From: an uncultured bacterium
GTDB lineage: Bacteria > Krumholzibacteriota > Krumholzibacteriia > Krumholzibacteriales > Krumholzibacteriaceae
Assembly: GCA_965371515.1 (NCBI GenBank)
Contig: CBDUYR010000033.1
Span: 1 to 28,579, forward strand
DNA length: 28,579 nt
Reading direction: 5' to 3'
A program made the translations under genes and the position numbers. Every line of letters begins with the position of its first letter. Position 1 is the stretch's first letter. The notes below the pieces were generated by a model, which saw only the letters and a list, made by a program, of their open reading frames with translations, was not told the DNA's origin and made no database searches. Positions 9,198-17,839 of the stretch are shown here, in pieces.

Positions 9198-9771
9198 TTT
9201 CCCTCCTTTCCGATGCATCACGTTCATCCATCATCTTTTTCATCCTTATCCTGGCCCTGTGGATCAGCGTCTTTATCGTTCCCTCGGGCAGGTCGAGCAC
9301 TTTCGCTATCTCCCGGTATTTCTTTCCGGCGAGGTAGCGCAGCTCGATCACCTCCCTGTAATTTCCCTCGAGGCTCGAAAGGAGCCATTCGATATCCTCA
9401 GCGGCCGTGCGCCTGGCAAGCTCGGCTTCGGGCCCGTACCTGTTCGATGCGATCTCGGCCGTTTTCTCGAGTGGGATGACGTCGTCGCGTTCCTTCGCCC
9501 TGACGTTGATCGCATGGTTGCGGGCGATAGACCATATCCATGTAGAAAGCGAAGATCGTCCGCTGAACGAGGGGAGGCCCCGGTAGATCCTGATGAAGGC
9601 TTCCTGGACCGCGTCGTCGATATCACTGCGGCTTCCGAGCACGGAACGCACCGCCGCGTAAACGACCCCGGTGTGCCTCTCGACGATCCTTCCGAACGCT
9701 TTCCCGTCACCGGATTTCGCTTTCTCGAGCAGGTCATGGTCAGTCTCACCTCTCAATCCATGTTCCTCCAT
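9175..9771 (-). CDS. ECF RNA polymerase sigma factor (SigW/RpoE-like)
   Basis: Region 2 DAVQEAFIRIYRGL.SF.G.SSLSTWIWSIARN; region 4 YREIAKVLDLPEGTIKTLIHRAR. Start is ATG 9771 or TTG 9756 (after GGAGG). Confidence 0.93.
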   Translation of the reverse strand: MEEHGLRGETDHDLLEKAKSGDGKAFGRIVERHTGVVYAAVRSVLGSRSDIDDAVQEAFIRIYRGLPSFSGRSSLSTWIWSIARNHAINVRAKERDDVIPLEKTAEIASNRYGPEAELARRTAAEDIEWLLSSLEGNYREVIELRYLAGKKYREIAKVLDLPEGTIKTLIHRARIRMKKMMDERDASERRESEAINGM

Positions 9772-9779
9772 GACAGTGG

Positions 9780-9806
9780 GACAGGGGAAGGGTCCGTTTC
9801 GTTTCA
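9780..9806 (-). promoter_or_regulatory. Putative ECF promoter TGAAAC-N17-TGTC driving sigma/anti-sigma
   Basis: Minus strand reads TGAAACGAAACGGACCCTTCCCCTGTC, just upstream of the sigma start. Confidence 0.55.
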
Positions 9807-9872
9807 AAAATACCGGCAGAAAGGTGAAAATCACAGAAAAAAAGGAGATTCTCACGATTTCTGGCGTCCGGG

Positions 9873-9898
9873 TGAAACAAAACGACGGCCGGGCTGTC
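9873..9898 (+). promoter_or_regulatory. Putative ECF promoter TGAAAC-N16-TGTC driving the DUF6249-like gene
   Basis: Plus strand reads TGAAACAAAACGACGGCCGGGCTGTC, matching the divergent motif. Confidence 0.55.
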
Positions 9899-9965
9899 GT
9901 ACATGGCGAGAACGAAAGATAACGAGACCGCCAGAGAAGCTTGAATCGGTAAAGGAGGAGACAGG

Positions 9966-10328
9966 ATGTTCGAGATCAATCCAGAGGTAGTAGCGATCAG
10001 TATCCCGATTATTTTTGTGCTGGGCGCGATCGCCATTACGATCACCGCCCTGATACTCGACTCGGGGCGTAAGGACCGCAAGCACAAGGAAAGATTGCTC
10101 GCGATGGAGAAGGGCATCGAACTGCCCGAGGATCCGATCAAGACCAGCCCGCCCAGATATCTCGCCATGCGTGCCTGGGGACTCGTATTCACCTTCCTGG
10201 GTATCGCGCTTGTCATAGGGATAACTGCGGCAGCGGGAATACGGTACGGTGTCTGGGGCCTGACGCAGCTGAGCATCGGGATAGCGCTTCTGATCGCTGC
10301 CTATCTCGAGAAGAAGGAGCTCTCCTAG
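9966..10328 (+). CDS. Small membrane protein, DUF6249-like
   Basis: 120 aa; strong AAGGAGG; TM, then RKHKERLLAMEKGIELP, then WGLVFTFLGIAL and a further TM; divergent from the ECF sigma. Confidence 0.75.
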   Translation: MFEINPEVVAISIPIIFVLGAIAITITALILDSGRKDRKHKERLLAMEKGIELPEDPIKTSPPRYLAMRAWGLVFTFLGIALVIGITAAAGIRYGVWGLTQLSIGIALLIAAYLEKKELS

Positions 10329-10350
10329 AGCGTTCCGGATACGCTGCCAC

Positions 10351-10385
10351 AGGGGGCCGGAGGTTGACACTCCGGCCCCCTTTTT
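10351..10385 (+). terminator. Rho-independent terminator
   Basis: Perfect 12-bp stem AGGGGGCCGGAG/CTCCGGCCCCCT, 7-nt loop, followed by TTTT. Confidence 0.85.
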
Positions 10386-10392
10386 GTATGCT
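10364..10392 (+). promoter_or_regulatory. Putative sigma70 promoter TTGACA-N17-TATGCT embedded in the terminator
   Basis: TTGACA (10364-69) lies in the hairpin loop; TATGCT at 10387-92; ATG at 10412. Confidence 0.6.
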
Positions 10393-10411
10393 CGAAGGAG
10401 GGGGTTTCCTG

Positions 10412-11902
10412 ATGAAACGAAAAACTGTACTCGTCGCGACGCTGACGGCAGCGATCGTCCTGTCGGGATGTATCGTCAGGCGCCTCGAGGAACCTGTAGA
10501 GATCGATCCCTCGATCGGTCCGGCCGCCTATCCCTGCTGTGTCCTCGAGAAGCACGAGGGCCGGGTCATCCATGTCGAATTCGCACCGAAGAGCAACCGT
10601 CTCGTTTCCCTGAGCGAGGACGGGCTCGACAAGTCGACCATGATATTCTGGCACGGCGGCTCTGGTGCGATGGTAGATTCGTTTACCAACGTGAACAATG
10701 CCGACGGGGACGTCGAGTTCAGCAGGCATGGAGGGACGATCGGCATAGGCAGCAGGACGCTCTTCATTCTCGATTCTGAAAACTTGAGGCTTGTGAGGAC
10801 CTTCGAGGCCGAATCGTACGAATACTTCAAGATACTCGACATGCAGATCGAAGGGTTTACGTGGCCCTTTACCTCGAAGACATACCAGGTAGTACGAAAA
10901 TTCCGCAAGGTTACGTCGGTGTCTTTCTCGACCGACGTGAGGTATGTCGCATCGGGACACGAGAACGGGCAGATCAAGATCTGGGAGATTAAGACGGGTG
11001 AACTGCTCAACGTCCTCTGGGCCACGAAGGTCTTTGGCGGGATCATCGACGTCGAGTTCAGCCCCGACGGCAGGTTCATCGCAGCCTGCCAGGACGACGA
11101 GCGTCTCAGGGTATGGCGGTTCCCCGATTATCGGGAGAAGTTTCTGGAGGGACACGAGAGGGCCGTCTATTCCCTGGCATTCGATCCGGTCACCGGCCAT
11201 CTTGTCTCGGCCGGGGTCGACGGCAGGGTGAGGATATGGGATATCGAGACGGGGGAGACGATCAGAGAGATCAAGGCACACGAAAAGGCGATAATGTCCG
11301 TCGCCGTCACTGAGGATGGCAGGACGTTGATCACGGGGAGTAAGGATAATACGATAAGGATATGGGAACTGGCGACAGGCCGCCGGGTCGCCGAACTGCT
11401 GGGGCATGGGAAGCAGGTAAACTCCGTCGCGGTCAATTCGAACGTAACCCTGCTGGCAAGCGGGAGTGATGACGGCACTGTGCGTATATGGGATATCTCG
11501 GGCCTGGGGCTATGCGATAACATCTCTCTCACGCCCGTACCTTTCTATCCTGCGAAGCTGAACGGCGAGGCCTGGTTCGAGGATGAATCGGGCGATGGTG
11601 CCCTGGCACCGGGGGAGAAGGGGAAGTTCATGATAACTATCTCGAATGTGGGTGAGGGGGTCGCCTTCAACATCGTGACTATGGCGATCCCCGATACACT
11701 CTCCGGGAGTCTCGAAGTAGTCCCCCCGGGAGTGATTCCGATGCTGTTGCCGGGCAGATCGATCAAGAAGGTAGTCACGGTCTCTAATATCGGGGAATCA
11801 GACATAGGCAATCTCGTGTTTACTATCAGGATCCTGGAATCGAACGGTTTTCATCTCAACCCGCCGCTCAGGGCGTCGATCATCCGCATCGAGTCCGAGT
11901 GA
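10412..11902 (+). CDS. WD40-repeat lipoprotein with C-terminal Ig/CARDB-like domain
   Basis: MKRKTVLVATLTAAIVLSGC lipobox; canonical WD40 repeats (GHERAVYSLAF..SAGVDGRVRIWD; GHGKQVNSVAV..SGSDDGTVRIWD); tail DESGDGALAPGE..ITISNVGEG. Confidence 0.88.
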   Translation: MKRKTVLVATLTAAIVLSGCIVRRLEEPVEIDPSIGPAAYPCCVLEKHEGRVIHVEFAPKSNRLVSLSEDGLDKSTMIFWHGGSGAMVDSFTNVNNADGDVEFSRHGGTIGIGSRTLFILDSENLRLVRTFEAESYEYFKILDMQIEGFTWPFTSKTYQVVRKFRKVTSVSFSTDVRYVASGHENGQIKIWEIKTGELLNVLWATKVFGGIIDVEFSPDGRFIAACQDDERLRVWRFPDYREKFLEGHERAVYSLAFDPVTGHLVSAGVDGRVRIWDIETGETIREIKAHEKAIMSVAVTEDGRTLITGSKDNTIRIWELATGRRVAELLGHGKQVNSVAVNSNVTLLASGSDDGTVRIWDISGLGLCDNISLTPVPFYPAKLNGEAWFEDESGDGALAPGEKGKFMITISNVGEGVAFNIVTMAIPDTLSGSLEVVPPGVIPMLLPGRSIKKVVTVSNIGESDIGNLVFTIRILESNGFHLNPPLRASIIRIESE

Positions 11903-11918
11903 GACTTCTGGATCCATC

Positions 11919-11948
11919 GAAGAGGCCGCATCTGCGCCCTTCTTTTTT
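11919..11948 (+). terminator. Possible weak intrinsic terminator
   Basis: Bulged stem GAAGAGGCCGC/GCGCCCTTC followed by TTTTTT, just after the WD40 stop. Confidence 0.45.
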
Positions 11949-11949
11949 A

Positions 11950-11979
11950 TTGAACAGAACATGAAGAGGGTGGTATAGT
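11950..11979 (+). promoter_or_regulatory. Putative sigma70 promoter TTGAAC-N18-TATAGT with extended -10 TG
   Basis: TGGTATAGT at 11971-79, upstream of the lamin-tail gene. Confidence 0.5.
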
Positions 11980-12056
11980 GCCCGGGTCGCGCGGACGGCC
12001 ATGCGCCGCGCCGGACGGGGTGGAATGTTTTCCGTGTGGATGATGAAGGGAGGAAG

Positions 12057-12698
12057 ATGATGAGGAAGATGTTCCGTTTCTTTTTTTACCTCTGCGTGAT
12101 CCTCGCCGCTTCAGCGGCATCTACGGGGATCTCTAATGCACAGGTCCTTATCAATGAGTACATGCCTGACCCGGCCCGGGACTGGGACGGCGATGGCGAG
12201 TACAACTACCGTAACGATGAGTGGGTCGAGATCGTCAATACCGGCGACTCATCGATCGACCTGACCGGGTTCCTGCTGAGGGACGCAGGCGATCAGATTC
12301 TCTGGAGGTACGGGTTCTCCGGTGAACTCGCTCCCGGGGAGACAAGGGTCGTCTACGGGAGCGATGCTCTGGCCTGGGAGGAATCGAACGGATTCCCTTC
12401 CTACGGGTTGAGCCTGAACAATGGCGGCGACGAACTCTTTCTGTGCCACGTAGTGGAGACCGACACGCTGGTGGTCGATACGGCGGCCTACGGAAGGAGT
12501 GCGATCGACGACAGGTCGATAGGGAGGACCGTCGCCGACATCGGCGTATGGGCGACCTTCGACGCCTGGAATCCGTGCTCCGACAACTGCTCTCCGGAGG
12601 GCAACGGGTGCATTCCCACGCCGGGCGAGTTGAATAACTGCACGACCGCCCTCGCTGAACGGAGCTGGGGCTCGATCAAGACAATAAGAAGGAGGTAG
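12057..12698 (+). CDS. Secreted lamin-tail-domain protein with C-terminal SWGxIK tail
   Basis: GGAGG before ATG 12057/12060; signal peptide ending SNA-Q; VLINEYMPDP..DWDGDG..EWVEIVNTG..IDLTGF.L.D, LNNGGDE, PTPG..N; ends ERSWGSIKTIRRR. Confidence 0.82.
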   Translation: MMRKMFRFFFYLCVILAASAASTGISNAQVLINEYMPDPARDWDGDGEYNYRNDEWVEIVNTGDSSIDLTGFLLRDAGDQILWRYGFSGELAPGETRVVYGSDALAWEESNGFPSYGLSLNNGGDELFLCHVVETDTLVVDTAAYGRSAIDDRSIGRTVADIGVWATFDAWNPCSDNCSPEGNGCIPTPGELNNCTTALAERSWGSIKTIRRR

Positions 12699-12775
12699 AC
12701 CCGACGGGCCGGCTCCGCCGAAATAACGATTGTCAGTTCCACCCCCACCGGCGGCCGGCCCCGTTGCAATTTCCG

Positions 12776-12804
12776 TTTACCGACGGTCCTTTGTGTGCTA
12801 GCGT
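12776..12804 (+). promoter_or_regulatory. Putative promoter TTTACC-N17-TAGCGT with extended TG (candidate leaderless transcript)
   Basis: The -10 ends 7 nt before ATG 12812; no Shine-Dalgarno sequence. Confidence 0.4.
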
Positions 12805-12811
12805 TTTTATC

Positions 12812-14545
12812 ATGAAGGAGTCCAAAAAGCAGGAAAGCGAGGCGGCCTCGCCCGGTAGAGCCGAAAGCGAGGCCCTCAATCGCTGCTGGGAATACCTCTC
12901 GTGCGGAAACTCAGACTGCCCGGCCTACGGCCAGAAGGAATCCCCCTGCTGGGAGGTCACCGGGCACCGCTGCGGCGGGAGAGTGTTCGCCCGCCTCGAG
13001 GAGAAGCTGATCCAGTGCTGTTTCAAGTGCCCATTCTTCAAACAGCTCAAGGAGAGGGTCAAGGGGCGCAGGTGGGCCGATATAACGCTTCTCGAAACAC
13101 TCGAGGACGCCCTCATCCGTTCTTCCAAGTACTCCACAAAGGTCGAGGACCTCTATATGGAGGTCATCAGGCGGAGCAAGCTGATGAATCTCCTTGGCGA
13201 AGTGAGCAAGATCATCGCGAGGCTCGACAAGGAAGAAGACATCATCCTGGCCATCCTGACTGTTACCACTGCGAGGGAGGGGCTCGGATTCAACAGAGCC
13301 TTCGTATTCCTCAGGGGTGAGGAATACAATCTACTACGCGGGAAGTACGCTCTCGGACCTTCATCACCCGAGGAGGCCGAGTCGATCTGGAAGATCCTCG
13401 ACAGGGACAGCGAAGCCTCGCTCGAGAAACTTGTCAGCAAGGGACAGAAACTCCATTACCTGCGCAACAGCCCGCTCACGAAGATCACTCGCAGGCATTC
13501 CATATCGCTTGACGATTCGAAAGGCATGATAGTGCGCGGGATGGACGAGGTCCGGTTCCTTTCGAGCAGGGACCTCGGATCCGCCGGCGACAGGGAGATC
13601 GCCAGTGCGCTAGGCCTCGAGGATTTCTGCGTCATCCCGATCGCTACCGTAGATGACAGGCTCGGCCTCCTGATCGTCGACAACATATTCACCGGCAAGG
13701 AGATGACCGCCGAGGACGCACATCTGCTAGAGATGGTCGTAAGTCATGCAACCACATCGCTTCGTGCGGCACAGTTAAAGGAATCTCTAGGAAAGAACGT
13801 AGAGAGTCTCAAGGCGACATACCGGAAGCTCAAGGCCAACGAAGAGAGGATGCTCAGGGCGGAGAGGCTGGCGATATCGGGCGAGCTGACATCGTCGGTC
13901 CTTCACGAGATCAAGAACCCGCTCGTAGCGATAGGCGGATTCGCGAGGAGCCTCTGGAAAAGCGGGGAATTTGGCGAGAAGGAACGTGAGAAGGTCGAAA
14001 TAATCATGCACGAGGCGGAGAGGCTGGAGAACTTCCTCGGGAACTTCCAGTCGAATGTGAGCAGGCTGAAGCTCGAGGAAAGCGATATCAACCAGATCAT
14101 CGAGGACGTATGCCAACTGCTGCAAAACGACTTCTCCGAGCATAACATAAAACTGCTGAAGAGCTTCGCGCCCGGGCTGCCCGGCTGCCGCATAGACCAG
14201 GTGAAGATCCACGAGGTCTTTCTGAACATCCTGACGAATGCCATTGAGGCCATAGGGAACGACGGCAGGGTATGGGTAAAGACCTGGACGGACGGGAGCG
14301 AGGGTCTGCTCAACGTCGAGATCACCGACAGCGGGGGAGGGATCCCAAAGGACAAGATATCGAGGATATTCACCCCATTCTACACTACGAAGGAGGACGG
14401 CTCGGGTCTCGGGCTGGCCTTCGTCCACAGGATAGTGCGTGATCACGGCGGCAATATCTCGGTCACGAGCAGGAAGGCAGAGGGAGCTACTTTTGTCATT
14501 TCCCTGCCCGCCTATCCCCGTGACGACCCTGCTCAGCCGTCCTGA
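12812..14545 (+). CDS. Cytoplasmic sensor histidine kinase: Cys-rich two-CW domain, GAF, HisKA, HATPase
   Basis: CWE..C...CPAY...CWE...C...CC..CPFF N-terminus; GAF-like GLGFNRAFVFL..IPI...LGLLIVDN; H-box HEIKNPL, N-box NILTNAIEA, DSGGGI, IFTPFYTTK, GSGLGL; no TM segment. Confidence 0.92.
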   Translation: MKESKKQESEAASPGRAESEALNRCWEYLSCGNSDCPAYGQKESPCWEVTGHRCGGRVFARLEEKLIQCCFKCPFFKQLKERVKGRRWADITLLETLEDALIRSSKYSTKVEDLYMEVIRRSKLMNLLGEVSKIIARLDKEEDIILAILTVTTAREGLGFNRAFVFLRGEEYNLLRGKYALGPSSPEEAESIWKILDRDSEASLEKLVSKGQKLHYLRNSPLTKITRRHSISLDDSKGMIVRGMDEVRFLSSRDLGSAGDREIASALGLEDFCVIPIATVDDRLGLLIVDNIFTGKEMTAEDAHLLEMVVSHATTSLRAAQLKESLGKNVESLKATYRKLKANEERMLRAERLAISGELTSSVLHEIKNPLVAIGGFARSLWKSGEFGEKEREKVEIIMHEAERLENFLGNFQSNVSRLKLEESDINQIIEDVCQLLQNDFSEHNIKLLKSFAPGLPGCRIDQVKIHEVFLNILTNAIEAIGNDGRVWVKTWTDGSEGLLNVEITDSGGGIPKDKISRIFTPFYTTKEDGSGLGLAFVHRIVRDHGGNISVTSRKAEGATFVISLPAYPRDDPAQPS

Positions 14546-14553
14546 CGCCATCA

Positions 14554-14582
14554 TTGACAAATCAGCCGTCATCAGATAATCT
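14554..14582 (+). promoter_or_regulatory. Putative sigma70 promoter of the cobO-meaB-icm operon, TTGACA-N17-TAATCT
   Basis: Perfect -35 and TAnnnT -10 at 17-nt spacing. Confidence 0.6.
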
Positions 14583-14639
14583 CCTCATTCTACCGGCCCG
14601 GTGCCGGTGAGCTACCACATTATTCGAGGAAAGGCCTGG

Positions 14640-15164
14640 ATGAGCGACGGAAAGGGAATAGTCATGCTCTTCACCGGGGACGGCAAGGGCAAGACCACAG
14701 CCGCTGTAGGCGCCGCGGTAAGGGCCGCCGGCCATGGGGCCAGAGTGCTCATCATCCAGTTCATGAAGGGAAGGGTCTACGGGGAGCTCGCCGTCGCGAA
14801 GAAGTTTGACAACTTCACTATCGAACAGCACGGCAGGGACGAGTTCGTCGATCCGAAGAATCCCGAGAAGATAGACGTCGAGCTCGCCGAAAAGGGATGG
14901 GCGAGGGCGCTGGAGGCAGTTGCCTCCGATCCGCCGTCGATGCTCGTACTCGACGAGATAAACGTCGCCGTATCGTTCGGGCTCATTCCACTCGAGACTG
15001 TCGTCGATTTCATCAGGAACCGGCCTGAAGGGATGGACCTGATACTGACCGGCAGATACGCCGCCCCGGAGCTGATAGATATTGCCGACACGGTGACCGA
15101 GATGAAGGAGATCAAGCACCACTACCACGCCGGCGTGCAGATGAAGAAGGGGATAGAGTACTGA
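14640..15164 (+). CDS. cobO: Cob(I)alamin adenosyltransferase, CobO/BtuR type
   Basis: FTGDGKGKTTAA P-loop, IIQFMKG, VLDEINVA, LILTGRYA, ADTVTEM..IKH.Y..G...KGIEY. Confidence 0.93.
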   Translation: MSDGKGIVMLFTGDGKGKTTAAVGAAVRAAGHGARVLIIQFMKGRVYGELAVAKKFDNFTIEQHGRDEFVDPKNPEKIDVELAEKGWARALEAVASDPPSMLVLDEINVAVSFGLIPLETVVDFIRNRPEGMDLILTGRYAAPELIDIADTVTEMKEIKHHYHAGVQMKKGIEY

Positions 15165-15166
15165 CG

Positions 15167-16132
15167 ATGACCGCGCGTCCAGGGATAGAGAAGCTGCTCG
15201 AGCTCTTCACAGAGGGAAAGGTCGCCGCTGCGGCGCGCCTCATCACGATCCTGGAGAACGGCGGCGAGGATGCGGAACGCATTCTCGACAGCGTCTTCCA
15301 CAGGACCGGCGACGCGTACAGGATCGGTTTTACCGGCCCTCCCGGAGCCGGCAAGAGCTCTCTGCTCAACAGGCTTACAGGAAGGTTCCGCGAGAAGGAC
15401 CACAGGATAGGGATCATAGCGGTCGATCCGACGAGCCCATTCACCGGCGGAGCGTTCCTCGGCGACAGGATAAGGATGCAGTCGCACTCGGAGGACCCTG
15501 ATGTATTCGTCCGCAGCCTTGCAAGCAGGGGAAGCCTCGGTGGCATATCGAACTGCACTGACGAAGTCGTCGACCTGATGGATGCGTTCGGCAAAGACCT
15601 GGTGCTGATCGAAACCGTTGGTGTCGGCCAGTCGGAGCTCGAGATCGCGGAGAAGGCACATACTGTAGTAGTCGTGCTCGTTCCCGAGTCGGGCGACGGG
15701 ATCCAGGCGATGAAGGCGGGCCTGATGGAGATAGGCGATATTTTCGTGATGAACAAGGCCGACCACGATGAAGCCGAAAGTGCCGCAAGAGAGATACAGG
15801 ATACATTGAGACTGAAGGATATCCCCGAAGGGGAATGGGAACCCAGGGTCGTACTTACCTCTGCACGCGAGGACACGGGGATCGGGGAGCTGGTAGAGGC
15901 GATAGAGGAGCACCGCCGTTATCTCGAAGAGGGCGGACATTTCGCGAACATGAGAAAGAAGATACTGAGATCGAGGGTGCGCAATGCACTGATGGACAGG
16001 ATGGAGAGACGGCTCCGGCAGAGCGTCAGGGTCAGGGATCTCCTCGAGAAGCGGATGGAATCGGTCTATAGCGGGGAGATGTCTCCGTACAGGGTCGTCA
16101 GGGAACTCGAGGAACTCATCAGCATACAGTGA
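15167..16132 (+). CDS. meaB: Acyl-CoA mutase-associated GTPase chaperone
   Basis: IGFTGPPGAGKSS, AVDPTSPFTGGAFLGDRIRM, RSLASRGSLGG, IETVGVGQSE, GDGIQAMKAG, NKAD. Confidence 0.95.
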   Translation: MTARPGIEKLLELFTEGKVAAAARLITILENGGEDAERILDSVFHRTGDAYRIGFTGPPGAGKSSLLNRLTGRFREKDHRIGIIAVDPTSPFTGGAFLGDRIRMQSHSEDPDVFVRSLASRGSLGGISNCTDEVVDLMDAFGKDLVLIETVGVGQSELEIAEKAHTVVVVLVPESGDGIQAMKAGLMEIGDIFVMNKADHDEAESAAREIQDTLRLKDIPEGEWEPRVVLTSAREDTGIGELVEAIEEHRRYLEEGGHFANMRKKILRSRVRNALMDRMERRLRQSVRVRDLLEKRMESVYSGEMSPYRVVRELEELISIQ

Positions 16133-16153
16133 CCGGCAGGAGAAGAAGAGGCG

Positions 16154-17809
16154 ATGGACAGGAAAAAATACGACGACGAGAAGAAGAGATACTTCGATAC
16201 GCTTTCCGGATGCGGTTGCCAGGATATCGAGTACACGACTGTCTCTGGAGAGGAAGTAAACGAGCTCTACACGCCCGACGATATCGAGGGATTCGACTAC
16301 AACAAGGAGCTCGGATTCCCCGGGCAGTATCCCTACACAAGAGGCGTCTACCCGAACATGTACCGCGGGCGGTTCTGGACGCAACGGCAGTTCGCTGGAT
16401 TCGGCACTCCGAAGGACACGAACGGCAGGTATCATTACCTGCTCGACCATGGCCAGACGGGACTGTCGGTCGCTTTCGACATGCCGACGATAATGGGGTA
16501 CGACTCCGATCACAAGCGCTCCGAGGGAGAAGTCGGCCGATGCGGAGTGGCGATCGATTCTCTGAAGGACATGGAGATCCTCTTCGACGGGATCGACCCC
16601 GGCACGATAACGACTTCGATGACGATTAACGCGCCCGCGTCGATCATGCTCGCATTCTATCTCTGCGCGGGGGAGAAGAAGGGGACGGCGTTCGATAAGA
16701 TGGGCGGCACGATACAGAACGACATCCTCAAGGAGTATATCGCACAGAAGTCGTGGATATTCCCGCCCGAGGAGTCGATGAGGATCATCACGGATATCCT
16801 CGTTTTCTGCTCCGACCACGTTCCAAGGTGGAACACGATATCAATCAGCGGATACCACATCCGCGAGGCCGGATCGACCGCGATCCAGGAACTTGCCTTC
16901 ACACTGGCCGATGGGTTTGCCTACGTAGAGGCGGGGATTGCTGTAGGCCTGGACGTCGACAAGTTCGCGCCGAGACTCTCCTTTTTCTTCAACGCTCATC
17001 TGGATTTCTTCGAGGAGATCGTCAAGTACCGAGCAGCCCGCAGGATATGGGCAAAGCGGATGAGGCAAAAGTACGGGGCGAAGGACCCGAAGTCGCTCCT
17101 GCTGAGATTTCACACGCAGACCGCCGGGTGCACGCTCACTGCTCAGCAGCCGGAGAACAATATCGTGAGGACAGCGTTCCAGGGCATGTCGGCCGTGATC
17201 GGCGGGACGCAGTCACTGCACACCAACTCGATGGATGAAGTGCTTGCGCTGCCTTCGGAGAAGGCGGTACGCATCGCTCTGCGCACGCAGCAGCTCATCG
17301 CCCACGAGACCGGCGTGATCAATACGATCGATCCGCTAGCGGGGAGTTATTTTATCGAGGCAAAGACGACCGAGATGGAAGAGGCGGCCGAGGATTACTT
17401 CCACAGAATCGACAAGCTCGGTGGGGTAGTCAAGGCGATCGACAAGGGATTTTTCCAGAGGGAGATCCAGAAGTCTGCGTATGAGTACCAGAAGGCCGTT
17501 GAGGCGGGGCGCAAGGTGATCGTAGGAGTCAACCGCTTCGGACTCGAGAACGAGGAGATCGAGATACCGCTCCTCAGGATAGACGAAGAGGTGGAGAGGA
17601 AGCAGAAGAAGGCGGTCCAGAATGTTCGCGCGACCCGGGACAACGACAAGTCTTCGAGAGAGCTCGAACGCCTCAAGGCGGCGGCCGAAGGGACGGAAAA
17701 CCTCATGCCGGTCATTATCGACTGTGCGCGCTGCTACTGTACCGAGGGAGAGATAATAGAAACGCTGAAGGGCGTGTTCGGCGAATACAAAGAGCCACTG
17801 TTCATATAA
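16154..17809 (+). CDS. icmA: Acyl-CoA mutase large subunit, isobutyryl-CoA mutase type
   Basis: Mutase barrel motifs ([28 protein letters not shown]). Specificity residues RQ-F80-AGF, LSV-A107-FDMPT and KEYIA-Q198-K match ICM, not MCM (Tyr/Arg). No B12-binding domain. Confidence 0.85.
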   Translation: MDRKKYDDEKKRYFDTLSGCGCQDIEYTTVSGEEVNELYTPDDIEGFDYNKELGFPGQYPYTRGVYPNMYRGRFWTQRQFAGFGTPKDTNGRYHYLLDHGQTGLSVAFDMPTIMGYDSDHKRSEGEVGRCGVAIDSLKDMEILFDGIDPGTITTSMTINAPASIMLAFYLCAGEKKGTAFDKMGGTIQNDILKEYIAQKSWIFPPEESMRIITDILVFCSDHVPRWNTISISGYHIREAGSTAIQELAFTLADGFAYVEAGIAVGLDVDKFAPRLSFFFNAHLDFFEEIVKYRAARRIWAKRMRQKYGAKDPKSLLLRFHTQTAGCTLTAQQPENNIVRTAFQGMSAVIGGTQSLHTNSMDEVLALPSEKAVRIALRTQQLIAHETGVINTIDPLAGSYFIEAKTTEMEEAAEDYFHRIDKLGGVVKAIDKGFFQREIQKSAYEYQKAVEAGRKVIVGVNRFGLENEEIEIPLLRIDEEVERKQKKAVQNVRATRDNDKSSRELERLKAAAEGTENLMPVIIDCARCYCTEGEIIETLKGVFGEYKEPLFI

Positions 17810-17839
17810 AGGGCGTGACGCCCGGAGGAGGATTCCGAG

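Noticed and set aside
14583..14639. Cobalamin riboswitch ahead of cobO-meaB-icmA (or ahead of the MCM operon)
   Set aside because: Predicted leaders are only about 50-65 nt and show no B12-box or other conserved riboswitch elements; only small hairpins are present.
16154..17809. Default annotation as methylmalonyl-CoA mutase, or as HcmA-type 2-hydroxyisobutyryl-CoA mutase
   Set aside because: Phe80/Gln198 replace the MCM Tyr/Arg pair, and Phe80/Ala107 differ from the Ile/Asp pair of HcmA.
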